A stretch of DNA of 45,664 bases, from contig DAIMZG010000001.1 of NCBI GenBank assembly GCA_036734065.1, forward strand, positions 1 to 45,664, given 5' to 3'. The translations under genes were made by a program, and so were the position numbers. The stretch comes from Catalimonadaceae bacterium. GTDB lineage: Bacteria > Bacteroidota > Bacteroidia > Cytophagales > Flexibacteraceae. A model generated the notes under the pieces. It was not told the origin of the DNA and did not search any database. It saw nothing but the letters and a program-made list of their open reading frames with translations. Positions within the stretch are counted from its first letter, which is position 1, and the number at the start of each line of letters is the position of its first letter. Positions 8,741-17,777 of this stretch are shown here, piece by piece.

Positions 8741-9028
8741 CTACACCGTCAGGTCGTAGCGCACCACGCGGCCCGTGCGGGTATCCACGTGGAAGTTGAG
8801 CTTGACGCCGTGGTAGTCGCACCAGCTTTTGAAGCGGCGCTGCACAAAGTCGTGGTCGGCGGGGGTAAGTTCCCCCTTGCCGCTGCTAAAAATCTTGCTA
8901 ATCAGATCCGAATCTACCGAATGGTGCCCCCGGCCCACTACATCGCTCATGATGTAATGTCGGAAGTCCATGTTGGTCATTTGGGTAGAATCGGTCGTTG
9001 CGTTGAGGGTTAAGGTGTTACTTTTCAT
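8741..9028 (-). CDS. hypothetical 95-aa protein, no family recognised
   Basis: The ATG ORF lies between a consensus promoter (9072-9102) and a strong terminator (8660-8701). No signal peptide or TM segment is evident. Confidence 0.6.
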   Translation of the reverse strand: MKSNTLTLNATTDSTQMTNMDFRHYIMSDVVGRGHHSVDSDLISKIFSSGKGELTPADHDFVQRRFKSWCDYHGVKLNFHVDTRTGRVVRYDLTV

Positions 9029-9071
9029 AAAAAATGGATTTTTAAAAACCTTTCATTTTCTTTCTATGACA

Positions 9072-9102
9072 CAAAATTACGTGCGCAAGAAATAAAAAGC
9101 AA
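9072..9102 (-). promoter_or_regulatory. Bacteroidetes-type sigma-A promoter (TTG-N20-TAATTTTG) for the 95-aa gene
   Basis: On the minus strand, TTG is at 9102-9100, followed by a 20-nt spacer and TAATTTTG at 9079-9072, in an AT-rich context. Confidence 0.6.
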
Positions 9103-9304
9103 ATTTTTAATAAAAAATTACATTGCCCGGTTGCAATGCGTAAATGCCCTGCACTAGGGCCAGAATTGCCCGCTCACGTTAAAAAAATACGTATGTAAGA
9201 TTATTGCTTGGCACGGCTATAACAATACGGCGCTTTCAGGCCGGGGGATGCCTCCCATTACCAAAATTTGTAGCGCAGGTTTGGGTAGCCCGCAAGGCGA
9301 ATAT

Positions 9305-9338
9305 TTGCCGCATTGTTAGCCCGATTCTCCTACTTTTG
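9305..9338 (+). promoter_or_regulatory. candidate promoter for the glycosyltransferase gene
   Basis: TACTTTTG at 9331-9338 matches TAnnTTTG. The available TTG elements are at 9305-9307 (23-nt spacer) or 9313-9315 (15-nt spacer), so the spacing is not the N20 seen at the other promoters. Confidence 0.4.
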
Positions 9339-9392
9339 TGCGTGGGAAAAGACGCACATGCGGGTCAGGGTTTAGGCAAAATTCGGGTCCTG

Positions 9393-10700
9393 ATGCTGGG
9401 CTGGGAGTTTCCGCCCTACCTGACGGGCGGGCTAGGACAGGCCAGCTACGAACTCTTCCGCGCCTTGGCCCCGGAAGTAGAAATGGTACTCGTCTTGCCG
9501 CAGTTGCCCGCCACGTTGCCCGCCCGCATCAGCACCATTGGCCTCAGCCAGCTTTCGCCCGATCAGCACGCAAAACTGTCGGCGCGCTACAACCTCGAGG
9601 CCTTTGTCCGCCACTATCGCGTGGCGACGGACCTGCTGCCCTACCCTACGCACGGCCCCGTGCGGGCGCCTCGCCTGTCAGCCTCCGGCGCTCGCCCTCT
9701 TCCCATCACGCGTTCATTGTCCGACGTGCAGCGGATTTTTCAGGACGATGCCGCCTACGGACCGCACCTATCCGAAAAAGTAAGCCTCTACGCCGAAGCC
9801 GTGCGCAAGATTGCCGCCACGCAATCGTTCGACCTGATTCACGCCCACGACTGGCTCACTTTTGCCGCTGCCCAAAAAGTGAAGGCCGACACGGGCAAAC
9901 CGCTCGTGGTACAGGTGCATTCGCTCGAAACCGACCGAACCAATGGCCAGCCCCATCCGCTCATCACGGCCATCGAACAGCGCGCGCTGGCCACCGCCGA
10001 GCGGGTGATTGTGCCGAGCCACTACACACAATCGCAACTGGAGGCCCACTACGCCGTGGCGTCCGAGAAGGTGACCGTGCTGCACCACGCCGCCGCACCC
10101 GCTGCTGCGCCGCGCGTACCGGGCCGATTGCCCGGCCCGCTCGTGGCCTTTCTGGGCCGCGTCACCCACCAAAAAGGCCCCGATATTTTCTTGGACGTTG
10201 CCGCCCGGCTGCTGCCTACGCATCCTGACCTCAGGTTTGTAATGATGGGCACGGGCGACGCGTGGGCGGACACCATCGAAAAGGTAGCTACCCGGCGCCT
10301 AGGGGCGCATTTTATATTCACAGATTTTTTGGCACGTCCGCAGGTGCAACGGGTCCTGGCCCAGACGGACGTGCTGCTGATGCCCTCCGTATCGGAACCG
10401 TTTGGCCTGGCAGCCCTCGAGGCCGCGCAAATGGGTGCTGCCTGCGTGCTGTCGGATCGCTGCGGAGCGGCCGAAGTACTGCCCGGCGCCTTGGTGGCCC
10501 CGCCCGATCGGCCCGACCTATTGGCCGCCCACGTCGCGCACCTGCTCGACGACGTACCGCATCGGCAAGCATTGGTAGCCCAAAACCTGGAGGCCCTAGA
10601 ATCGCTGACGTGGCAAACGCCCGCTCACGCCACGGCCGCGCTCTACCGACAGTTGCTCGACGAGGGCCACGTACCGACGGATCGCTTACTGGCCGACTAG
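9393..10700 (+). CDS. GT-B fold retaining glycosyltransferase (GT4 / glycogen-synthase-like)
   Basis: N-terminus MLGWEFPPYLTGGLGQ, HAHDW, FLGRVTHQKGPD, and an E-x7-E motif (PSVSEPFGLAALEAAQMG). The ORF is open from TTG 9204, but the upstream 63 codons look non-protein-like and contain the candidate promoter. ATG 9393 was therefore chosen. Confidence 0.8.
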   Translation: MLGWEFPPYLTGGLGQASYELFRALAPEVEMVLVLPQLPATLPARISTIGLSQLSPDQHAKLSARYNLEAFVRHYRVATDLLPYPTHGPVRAPRLSASGARPLPITRSLSDVQRIFQDDAAYGPHLSEKVSLYAEAVRKIAATQSFDLIHAHDWLTFAAAQKVKADTGKPLVVQVHSLETDRTNGQPHPLITAIEQRALATAERVIVPSHYTQSQLEAHYAVASEKVTVLHHAAAPAAAPRVPGRLPGPLVAFLGRVTHQKGPDIFLDVAARLLPTHPDLRFVMMGTGDAWADTIEKVATRRLGAHFIFTDFLARPQVQRVLAQTDVLLMPSVSEPFGLAALEAAQMGAACVLSDRCGAAEVLPGALVAPPDRPDLLAAHVAHLLDDVPHRQALVAQNLEALESLTWQTPAHATAALYRQLLDEGHVPTDRLLAD

Positions 10701-10791
10701 GCCAACTTCCATTCCCGCAATAATTGGTTTAGTTTTACGTCTTAAAAACGCGCTAATCCGCTGCCTCCGGAGCGGAAGCTGACCGCTGACT

Positions 10792-11553
10792 ATGCTCTTC
10801 CGTGCCCGCACCTACCGAGACCTGCTTTTTCACGTCCTGATCATGGCATCCATTGCCGCCATATTGGTACTGCTTTTCTTCTACTTCTATCTGCCCTCCA
10901 CTACCCACCACGGGGAGGCTATTACCGTCCCCAATACCATCGGGATGTCCGTCAGCGAAGTGGAAGGGGTACTCAACGCGCGCCGCCTGCGGTACCAACT
11001 CAGCGATTCGGTGTACGATGCCCGCCGACCACCCCGTACGGTCATCATGCAATCGCCCCGGGCGGGCAGTCAGGTAAAAGCTGATCGCAAAGTGTACCTG
11101 ACCGTGACGCTCACCACCCCACCCGACGTGCCGATGCCCCGCCTGTTGGGGCGCTCGCTCACCAATGCCAAAGCCGAGCTGGACAACAACGGGCTTTTGC
11201 TCGGCAACATCGAGTATAAACCCGATTTGCAGGAAAATGCGGTGCTGGAGCAGCGTTGGAAAGGACAGCCCATCAAGGAGGGAAAACCCCTGCCCAAAGG
11301 CTCACGGGTGGATCTGGTGGTGGCCGACGGACGGGGCAAGCAGGAGTTTTCGGCACCTGACCTGACGGGAATGGCCCTGGAAGATGCGGAATTTACGTTG
11401 GCCGGTAGTGGCCTGGTGCGCGGCAAAATTGTTTTTGTAGAGGATGAGACGCAGGAACTGGGTACCATCCTGCGCCAGCAACCCGCACCGGGGCGCAATC
11501 TCCGGGTGGGCGACATCGTTGATGTGTGGGTAGTGGGCTACGAACCTGAATAA
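10792..11553 (+). CDS. membrane-anchored stand-alone PASTA-domain protein (three PASTA repeats)
   Basis: An N-terminal TM helix (LLFHVLIMASIAAILVLLFFYFYL) is followed by three repeats of about 65 aa: VPNTIGMSVSEVEGVL.., MPRLLGRSLTNAKAEL.., APDLTGMALEDAEFTL... No kinase or transpeptidase domain is present. Confidence 0.85.
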   Translation: MLFRARTYRDLLFHVLIMASIAAILVLLFFYFYLPSTTHHGEAITVPNTIGMSVSEVEGVLNARRLRYQLSDSVYDARRPPRTVIMQSPRAGSQVKADRKVYLTVTLTTPPDVPMPRLLGRSLTNAKAELDNNGLLLGNIEYKPDLQENAVLEQRWKGQPIKEGKPLPKGSRVDLVVADGRGKQEFSAPDLTGMALEDAEFTLAGSGLVRGKIVFVEDETQELGTILRQQPAPGRNLRVGDIVDVWVVGYEPE

Positions 11554-13611
11554 ATGGACGCCGCGCGCATGAAAACACTTCTCCGATACGTAAAAAAGTA
11601 CCTCCTTTCAGTATTGCTGATCGGTGGGCTTGCGGGAGGACATGCCGCCCGGGCGCAGTTCGAGCTACGTCCTTTGCCCGCCCGTCCGGCGATGGCACCT
11701 GCCGAGAAACCCGTTTGGCAGTCCCGTACGACCGACGACGATTCGCTATCCCCGCTTACGCTCCCCTTTTTTGATGACTTCGCCGACCCGGTGTACGACC
11801 GGCAGTCTTCGCCCGATTCGGCGCGGTGGCGGTCGGGTGGTGGCGTTCGGATCAACAATACGCTGCCCGTTGCCCCACCTTCGCGGGGCGTGGCCACCTT
11901 CGATGGCATCAACGAACTGGGGCAACCCTACGTGCCCGAGCTGCGCCCGCGGCAAGATCGGACGGACGTACTTACGTCGCGCACCATTGACCTGAGCGGC
12001 CTCACCGATGCCGATGAGGTGTACCTGAGCTTTTTTTGGCAGGCTGGCGGACGCTCGCGGGTGCTCCTGCCCGACGCCCCCGAAGACTCGCTGGTGCTCG
12101 AGTTTCGCCGTTTGCAGGACACTACCGAGACCTGGACGGAAGTGTGGTCGGTCAATAACCAAGAAAATGAACCCTTCCGGGAAGAACTCATTCGGGTACC
12201 TGCCGACTTTCTGCGGGCCGATTTTCGGTTTCGATTTGTTTGCATTGGCCGACCCAGCGGCGCACTCGACGTCTTCCACGTGGACTACGTTTATCTGAAC
12301 CGCGACCGTTTTGCCGACGATTTTCACGGTCCGCTCAATCCGCGCCCAGCCGTAATCAACCAGCGTACCGACTACGCCATCAGCCAAGAACCTACGCGCT
12401 TGTTGCAGCAGTACGCGGCCATGCCCGTCCGCCAGTTTCTGGCCGCTCCTGATCAAGCCCTTGTACGCGAAATCGAGGGCCGTTACAACCGCCTGGGCGT
12501 AGCGCCGGTTCCCACAGACTTTTCCGTACGCCTGCGCGACGGACTGACGGGAGAAGTACTGGCACTGCGTTCCCTCAACGTCACGCAGCCCCTGGTAATC
12601 GCCAGCTCGACCGAGCAACTGCCCCTGACCTTGCCGCTCGATGCCGACTTGCGCGCGCTGATCACCCAGCAAGTTGCGCAGCAGGCCACCGAAGTGTCCA
12701 CCCCGGCCGTAACCGTCGAATATGCCCTCACCACGCCTGCCCTGCCACGCCTGGCACCCAACGACACGGGCCGCAGCACCACCGTCTTCGGCGACTACTA
12801 CGCCTACGACGATGGCACTGCCGAGGCGGCAGCCTTCGTAAAGGGAGGCTTTGCCGAAGTAGCTTGCAAGTTCGAGCTCAGCACTCCCGACACGCTCACC
12901 CACCTGGCCTTTTATTTTCCGCAAGTGCTGCAGTCTTTGCCAACGGGCTTTACCCTTCGGGTATGGCGGTATCTGCCCGACGATCCGCTCGACAGCGTAG
13001 CCGTGGTGTACGCGCAGTCCGTAGCTGTCCGCTTCGAAAGCGATACGGCGGGCGATTTTCTTAATCAATTCACCGTCTTTCAACTCGACACTGCCCTGGT
13101 ATTGACCGATTCTTTCTACGTGGGCTATCTGCAGCAGTCCCTGTCGGGGCGCGAGGTGATGATCGGCTACGACCTCAATGCGGACAAGACTTTCCTTTCG
13201 TACGGCAATACCCAAACATTTGTCAACTACGATGGCCCTTGGCGTTCGCTCGGGGAGGTTACCCGCACGCCGGGCAACCTGATGATCCGCCCGCTGTTTC
13301 GCACCGTCACCGATACCTCCCGGGTGCGTCGGATCGAAACCGTACGGCAAAACCCGCCCGTGGTGGCAGATCCCGTGCGCAGCGAGTTGACGGTTCATCC
13401 CAATCCGGTGAGCCCCGGCGCGCGCCTTCACCTGAGCGCACGTACGCGCACGGTGGTACTCTACGACCTTACGGGGCGTCCCCGTTTTCAGCATAACTTT
13501 TCCGAAGGCGACCCGAAGGAACTGATTCTGCCAGCCTTGCCATCCGGCACGTACCTGCTCCAACTCTCCGACGGGTTCTCTCCGCAAACCCAACGCCTGC
13601 TGGTTCGATGA
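11554..13611 (+). CDS. secreted protein with C-terminal T9SS (Por) sorting domain, function unknown
   Basis: Signal peptide (..LLIGGLAGGHAARAQ). The C-terminal stretch of about 75 aa (LTVHPNPVSPGARLHL...VVLYDLTGR...LPSGTYLLQL...QRLLVR) fits the T9SS type A sorting domain pattern. ATG 11554 abuts the PASTA stop codon, and ATG 11569 is an alternative start. Confidence 0.8.
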   Translation: MDAARMKTLLRYVKKYLLSVLLIGGLAGGHAARAQFELRPLPARPAMAPAEKPVWQSRTTDDDSLSPLTLPFFDDFADPVYDRQSSPDSARWRSGGGVRINNTLPVAPPSRGVATFDGINELGQPYVPELRPRQDRTDVLTSRTIDLSGLTDADEVYLSFFWQAGGRSRVLLPDAPEDSLVLEFRRLQDTTETWTEVWSVNNQENEPFREELIRVPADFLRADFRFRFVCIGRPSGALDVFHVDYVYLNRDRFADDFHGPLNPRPAVINQRTDYAISQEPTRLLQQYAAMPVRQFLAAPDQALVREIEGRYNRLGVAPVPTDFSVRLRDGLTGEVLALRSLNVTQPLVIASSTEQLPLTLPLDADLRALITQQVAQQATEVSTPAVTVEYALTTPALPRLAPNDTGRSTTVFGDYYAYDDGTAEAAAFVKGGFAEVACKFELSTPDTLTHLAFYFPQVLQSLPTGFTLRVWRYLPDDPLDSVAVVYAQSVAVRFESDTAGDFLNQFTVFQLDTALVLTDSFYVGYLQQSLSGREVMIGYDLNADKTFLSYGNTQTFVNYDGPWRSLGEVTRTPGNLMIRPLFRTVTDTSRVRRIETVRQNPPVVADPVRSELTVHPNPVSPGARLHLSARTRTVVLYDLTGRPRFQHNFSEGDPKELILPALPSGTYLLQLSDGFSPQTQRLLVR

Positions 13612-14078
13612 TGCGCATCCGTCGGTGGGGAATTTTTATCTGGCTATCCGCACTCTGGGCGGCGTGCCAACCGAGCGAGTGTGAAACCGCCGTAGTAGAT
13701 ACCGCACAGATTGGCTTCTTCCGGGTAGCCACCACAGCCGACAACAATACAGAGGAGCCGCCGCTGCGCATTCGCCTCGACAGCCTCCGGGCCACCGGCT
13801 TTCCCCTCATTACCCTCGCGGAAGACTCCCTTGCCAGTCTCCGACTTCCCCTGGCACCGGGTGACACGGCCGTTACCTTTTTACTCTATAGCGGTGAAAT
13901 AGCCCCCGATACGCTCATCATTGCGTATAGCAACAATCTTGAGCTTATTTCGCACGAATGTGGCTTTCAGCCCCGCTACGAGATTAAGGAAATCACGCTG
14001 ACGGACGCCGACTCCGTCCGCCTCGTACGCGCCACGCTCACTACCGCCGATGAACTCAACGTCCGTATCTTTTTGTAG
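13608..14078 (+). CDS. small lipoprotein, function unknown
   Basis: Signal peptide with a lipobox-like LWAAC. The start overlaps the upstream stop (ATGA at 13608-13611). Confidence 0.65.
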   Translation: MMRIRRWGIFIWLSALWAACQPSECETAVVDTAQIGFFRVATTADNNTEEPPLRIRLDSLRATGFPLITLAEDSLASLRLPLAPGDTAVTFLLYSGEIAPDTLIIAYSNNLELISHECGFQPRYEIKEITLTDADSVRLVRATLTTADELNVRIFL

Positions 14079-14691
14079 TCTGCTGAGCTTTCTGCTGGTT
14101 GCCAACCTTTTGCGTGCCCAATCAGCCGATACGCTCATCACCCCCGGCGTTCGTCTTGGGATAGACATGGTAGGCCCCCTCAGCAGTGCCCTTAGCCCGA
14201 TTCCGCTGGCCATCGAAGGCAGTCTCGATGCCAACATAGGCCGTTGGTACGCCGTGCTGGAGGGCGGGGGTGCCCGCTATACACACCGCCTGAGCAATTT
14301 CGACTACACCAGTACTGGTGGATTTGGCCGCATTGGCTTCGACCTGAGCACCAGCCGCAACGACGACATGATCTTCTTCGGGCTGCGCTACGCCCAGAGT
14401 CGGCTCACGGATCGTTTTACCCAGATCCAGGTACCCGCCAACTATTGGCCTGCCCTCTCCTTGAGCCAGCCCGAACGGGCGCTGCGTGCGCAGTGGGTAG
14501 AGATTGTGGGGGGCACCCGCGTAAGGATCACACCGCGCCTCTTTACGGGCTTTACAATGCGTTTCCAAGTGCGGCTGGACTTCGACATGGAGGCCCCTAC
14601 CAAGCCCTACCGTATCCCCGGCTTCGGGGCGAGCGACGTGGGCAGCAGTGCGGCTTTTCAGTATTATCTCTACTACCGCTTTGCGCTATAG
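14050..14691 (+). CDS. putative outer-membrane beta-barrel protein, function unknown
   Basis: Signal peptide (SLLSFLLVANLLRAQS), alternating hydrophobic/polar strands and an aromatic-rich C-terminus (FQYYLYYRFAL). It overlaps the upstream gene by 29 nt. Confidence 0.6.
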   Translation: MNSTSVSFCSLLSFLLVANLLRAQSADTLITPGVRLGIDMVGPLSSALSPIPLAIEGSLDANIGRWYAVLEGGGARYTHRLSNFDYTSTGGFGRIGFDLSTSRNDDMIFFGLRYAQSRLTDRFTQIQVPANYWPALSLSQPERALRAQWVEIVGGTRVRITPRLFTGFTMRFQVRLDFDMEAPTKPYRIPGFGASDVGSSAAFQYYLYYRFAL

Positions 14692-14704
14692 CTATTTGGG
14701 GAAT

Positions 14705-14733
14705 AAAAAAGCCTCGTAAACACGAGGCTTTTT
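14705..14733. terminator. bidirectional rho-independent terminator (envelope operon versus rplQ)
   Basis: aaaaaagcctcgt-aaac-acgaggcttttt forms a 7-bp GC core at 14711-14717 paired with 14722-14728. It is flanked by an A-run and a T-run, so it can terminate transcription from both strands. Confidence 0.8.
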
Positions 14734-14751
14734 AAGCGATGAGCAGCTTGC

Positions 14752-15324
14752 TCATTTTTTATCAGTTTCCGGATCGGTCGTACCGCCGTCTTCCGTAGCA
14801 GGTGCCTCCGGCTGGGCGACCTCTTCCGAAGCAGTATCTTCTGCGGGAGCGGCAGCCACTGGCGCTGCCGGAGCAGCTGCTGTAGCCGCCGTTTCGCTAT
14901 CGCCCCCCTTACCACGACGACGACTACGCCGCGTTTTCTTCTTGGTAGTGTCTTCCGTGATAAATTCATTGAAGTCTACCAACTCAATCATCGCCTGCTC
15001 GGCACTATCGCCGCGCCGCGTGCCGAGTTTGAGGATGCGGGTATAGCCACCGGGACGCTCGGCGATCTTCTCGGCTACATTGTCGAACAACTCTTTTACG
15101 GAGGCTTTGTCCTGAAGGTAGGAGAACACCGTCCGGCGCGAGTGAGTAGTATCGTCTTTGGCTCTGGTCAGCAAGGGCTCCACATAGACACGCAGTTCCT
15201 TGGCTTTGGCAACAGTCGTCACGATCTGCTTATGGATAATCAGCGAACTGGCCATGTTGGCCAACATGGCCTGGCGGTGGGCCTTCGTGCGGCCCAGGTG
15301 GTTAATTTTATTACCGTGTCTCAT
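14752..15324 (-). CDS. rplQ: 50S ribosomal protein L17 (with long Ala/Pro/acidic C-terminal tail)
   Basis: N-terminus [21 protein letters not shown] plus the core [15 protein letters not shown]. Confidence 0.97.
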   Translation of the reverse strand: MRHGNKINHLGRTKAHRQAMLANMASSLIIHKQIVTTVAKAKELRVYVEPLLTRAKDDTTHSRRTVFSYLQDKASVKELFDNVAEKIAERPGGYTRILKLGTRRGDSAEQAMIELVDFNEFITEDTTKKKTRRSRRRGKGGDSETAATAAAPAAPVAAAPAEDTASEEVAQPEAPATEDGGTTDPETDKK

Positions 15325-15329
15325 GATAA

Positions 15330-16319
15330 TTAGTCTTCATCGAGCCTGTACTTGGCCACGTCCATGCCGAAATTCAGGCTTTTGTCTGTCATCAATTGTT
15401 CAAGTTCCGTGAGCGACTTCTTACCGAAGTTACGGAACTTCATCATATCGGATATTTCCAGTGCGGCCAAGTCGCCGAGGGTCTTGACGTCAGCCGCTTT
15501 CAGGCAGTTGTAGGCACGAACCGAGAGATCCAACTCCGTGAGGGGCGTTTTGAGAAGTTTACGCATCTGCAAATACTCTTCATCAATGGTCTCTTCCTCT
15601 TCCTTGACGGTGGTTTCCAACGTAATGGTCTGATCCGAAAACAGCATCAGGTGCTGGATCATGATATTGGCCGCACCTTTCAGCGCATCTTCCGGGTGGA
15701 TAGATCCATCGGTTTCTACTTCCAGGGTGAGGCGTTCGTAATCCGTTTTTTGTTCTACACGGGTATTTTCTACCAAAAACTTTACATTTTTGATGGGCGT
15801 GAAGATGGCATCAATCGGGATCATACCAAAAACAGCATCTGTAGGACGGTTTTCTTCCGAAGGCACATACCCACGTCCCTGGCCCATGTAGAGTTCAATC
15901 TCGAAGTCCACGCTGGGGTCAACGTGGCAAACGATCATGTCCGGATTCAATACGCGAAAATCGTTGGTAAATTTTTCGATATCGCCCGCACGGAAGACGT
16001 CTTTTCCCTTCAAGGAAACGGTGATCTTATTGTCAGACTCTTCGCTGAGCTTTTGCAGACGTACTGACTTGAGATTGAGGATGATCTCCGCTACGTCTTC
16101 TACCACTCCTTCGCAAGCGGAAAATTCGTGTAGTACCCCCGGAATTCTGATGCCCACAATGGCGTAGCCCTCCAAGGAGGAAAGCAATATGCGCCGTAGC
16201 GCGTTGCCTATGGTGACGCCGTAGCCCCGCTCGAGTGGTTTGAACTCAAAAAGACCGCGGAACTCGTCGGCCTTTTCCATCACCACTTTTTCGGGCATTT
16301 GGAAGGTTATCAGTGACAT
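15330..16319 (-). CDS. rpoA: DNA-directed RNA polymerase subunit alpha
   Basis: [16 protein letters not shown] plus the C-terminal domain [22 protein letters not shown]. The ATG at 16319 was chosen because the longer ORF would overlap the end of rpsD. Confidence 0.96.
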   Translation of the reverse strand: MSLITFQMPEKVVMEKADEFRGLFEFKPLERGYGVTIGNALRRILLSSLEGYAIVGIRIPGVLHEFSACEGVVEDVAEIILNLKSVRLQKLSEESDNKITVSLKGKDVFRAGDIEKFTNDFRVLNPDMIVCHVDPSVDFEIELYMGQGRGYVPSEENRPTDAVFGMIPIDAIFTPIKNVKFLVENTRVEQKTDYERLTLEVETDGSIHPEDALKGAANIMIQHLMLFSDQTITLETTVKEEEETIDEEYLQMRKLLKTPLTELDLSVRAYNCLKAADVKTLGDLAALEISDMMKFRNFGKKSLTELEQLMTDKSLNFGMDVAKYRLDED

Positions 16320-16350
16320 AGCAAAAATCAAATAAGGTGAGCAATTTTTT

Positions 16351-16956
16351 TTACTTGGAGTACAATTCAACTACCAGTTGCTCCTCCACATTTTCGGGAA
16401 TCTGATCGCGCTCAGGGTAGGTGGTAAACCTGCCAACCATTTGGCTTTGATCCCACTCGAGCCAATTGAAACGACGGGCCGAACGGCTCGACAGACTGTT
16501 CACGACAGCTTCGAGCGACTTGGATTTTTCGCGTACGCCCACCTGATCGCCGGGCCGTACACTGTAAGAAGGGATATTGACTACCTCACCGTTGACAGTC
16601 ACGTGTTTGTGCGACACGAGCTGGCGCGCGGCACGCCGGGTAGGGGCAATGCCCAAGCGGTACACGACATTATCGAGACGCGCCTCGAGATATTGCAGCA
16701 ACAACTCGCCGGTAATGCCCTGCTTGCGGCTGGCCCGATCGAACAGGTTGTGAAATTGCCGTTCGAGCAATCCGTAAGTATATTTTACTTTCTGCTTAGC
16801 GGCCAACTGAATGGCATATTCCGATTGCTTGCGGCGGCGATTGCGGCCGTGTTGGCCCGGGGGGAATGCCTTTTTTTGGAGCGCCTTGCTGGGCCCGAAG
16901 ATAGGATCATTGAACCGTCGTGCTATTTTGGAGCGTGGTCCGGTATATCTTGCCAT
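16351..16956 (-). CDS. rpsD: 30S ribosomal protein S4
   Basis: [15 protein letters not shown] plus the S4 domain [30 protein letters not shown]. Confidence 0.98.
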   Translation of the reverse strand: MARYTGPRSKIARRFNDPIFGPSKALQKKAFPPGQHGRNRRRKQSEYAIQLAAKQKVKYTYGLLERQFHNLFDRASRKQGITGELLLQYLEARLDNVVYRLGIAPTRRAARQLVSHKHVTVNGEVVNIPSYSVRPGDQVGVREKSKSLEAVVNSLSSRSARRFNWLEWDQSQMVGRFTTYPERDQIPENVEEQLVVELYSK

Positions 16957-16994
16957 AGTTACTTAATTCTCATTTTTGCCAAAAGAACCGATCG

Positions 16995-17387
16995 TCAGAC
17001 CCGACGACGTTTAGGAGGACGGCATCCGTTGTGGGGAAGGGGCGTTACATCGCGGATGGTGGTCACTTCCAGTCCGAGGTTCTGCAGTGTCCGAATAGCC
17101 GACTCGCGGCCAGCACCCGGACCTTTTACAAAGACCTCCACTTTCTGCATGCCCAAATCTTTGGCTACCTGTCCGCAATTGGTGGCAGCCACCTGTGCAG
17201 CGTAGGGCGTATTCTTCTTCGAGCCTTTGAAACCCATTTTACCCGCCGATGCCCAGGAGATCACCTGTCCCGAACTGTTGGTTATCGAAATGATGATATT
17301 GTTGAAAGTAGCCTGGATATGCGCCTGTCCGACAGCTTCTATCTGCACAATCCGCTTTTTGGCTTTTTCTTTTCTTTTCTGTGCCAT
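16995..17387 (-). CDS. rpsK: 30S ribosomal protein S11
   Basis: [43 protein letters not shown]. Confidence 0.98.
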   Translation of the reverse strand: MAQKRKEKAKKRIVQIEAVGQAHIQATFNNIIISITNSSGQVISWASAGKMGFKGSKKNTPYAAQVAATNCGQVAKDLGMQKVEVFVKGPGAGRESAIRTLQNLGLEVTTIRDVTPLPHNGCRPPKRRRV

Positions 17388-17396
17388 TACGAAACC

Positions 17397-17774
17397 TTAT
17401 TTAGTTGCCTTCTTCTTATTGGCGACCGTCTTGCGTTTCCCTTTGCGGGTACGCGCATTATTTTTAGTCTTCTGACCTCGCAGAGGCAGACCTTTGCGAT
17501 GGCGCAACCCCCGGTAGCAACCAATGTCCATTAGGCGCTTTATGTTGAGTTGAATCTCCGACTTGAGCGCACCTTCTACACGGTATTCACCCGTGATGGC
17601 ATTCCGAACGGCGATTGATTCTTCTTCCGTCCAGTCCTTGACCTTTTTACTAAGGTCAACGCCGGCTGTCTCCAGAATCTTCTTTGCCGAGCTTCGGCCA
17701 ACACCAAAAATGTAGGTCAAACTGACCTCTCCCCGTTTATTGTCCGGGATATCGACACCTGATATCCTTGCCAT
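17397..17774 (-). CDS. rpsM: 30S ribosomal protein S13
   Basis: [40 protein letters not shown]. Confidence 0.98.
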   Translation of the reverse strand: MARISGVDIPDNKRGEVSLTYIFGVGRSSAKKILETAGVDLSKKVKDWTEEESIAVRNAITGEYRVEGALKSEIQLNIKRLMDIGCYRGLRHRKGLPLRGQKTKNNARTRKGKRKTVANKKKATK

Positions 17775-17777
17775 GGG

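Noticed and set aside
9029-9200. An AT-rich tract between the 95-aa gene and the glycosyltransferase gene, considered as a possible mobile-element scar or attachment site.
   Set aside because: There are no inverted or direct terminal repeats, no integrase or transposase nearby, and no adjacent tRNA. It contains a consensus promoter and is better explained as a divergent promoter region.
9204-9392. A 63-codon N-terminal extension of the glycosyltransferase ORF from TTG 9204.
   Set aside because: The extension has no resemblance to GT-B N-termini, which normally begin right at the (M)LGWEFPP motif. It also contains the candidate promoter and a hairpin. ATG 9393 is preferred.
11746-13593. A 615-aa ORF antisense to the T9SS cargo gene.
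   Set aside because: This is an antisense shadow ORF. The sense frame has a signal peptide and a recognisable T9SS sorting domain, and the antisense frame has neither.
16957-16994. A TTTTGGCAAAA near-palindrome in the rpsK-rpsD spacer, considered as a possible S4 autoregulatory leader.
   Set aside because: The possible stem is only 4 A-U pairs with a 3-nt loop. That is too weak to call a structure from sequence alone.
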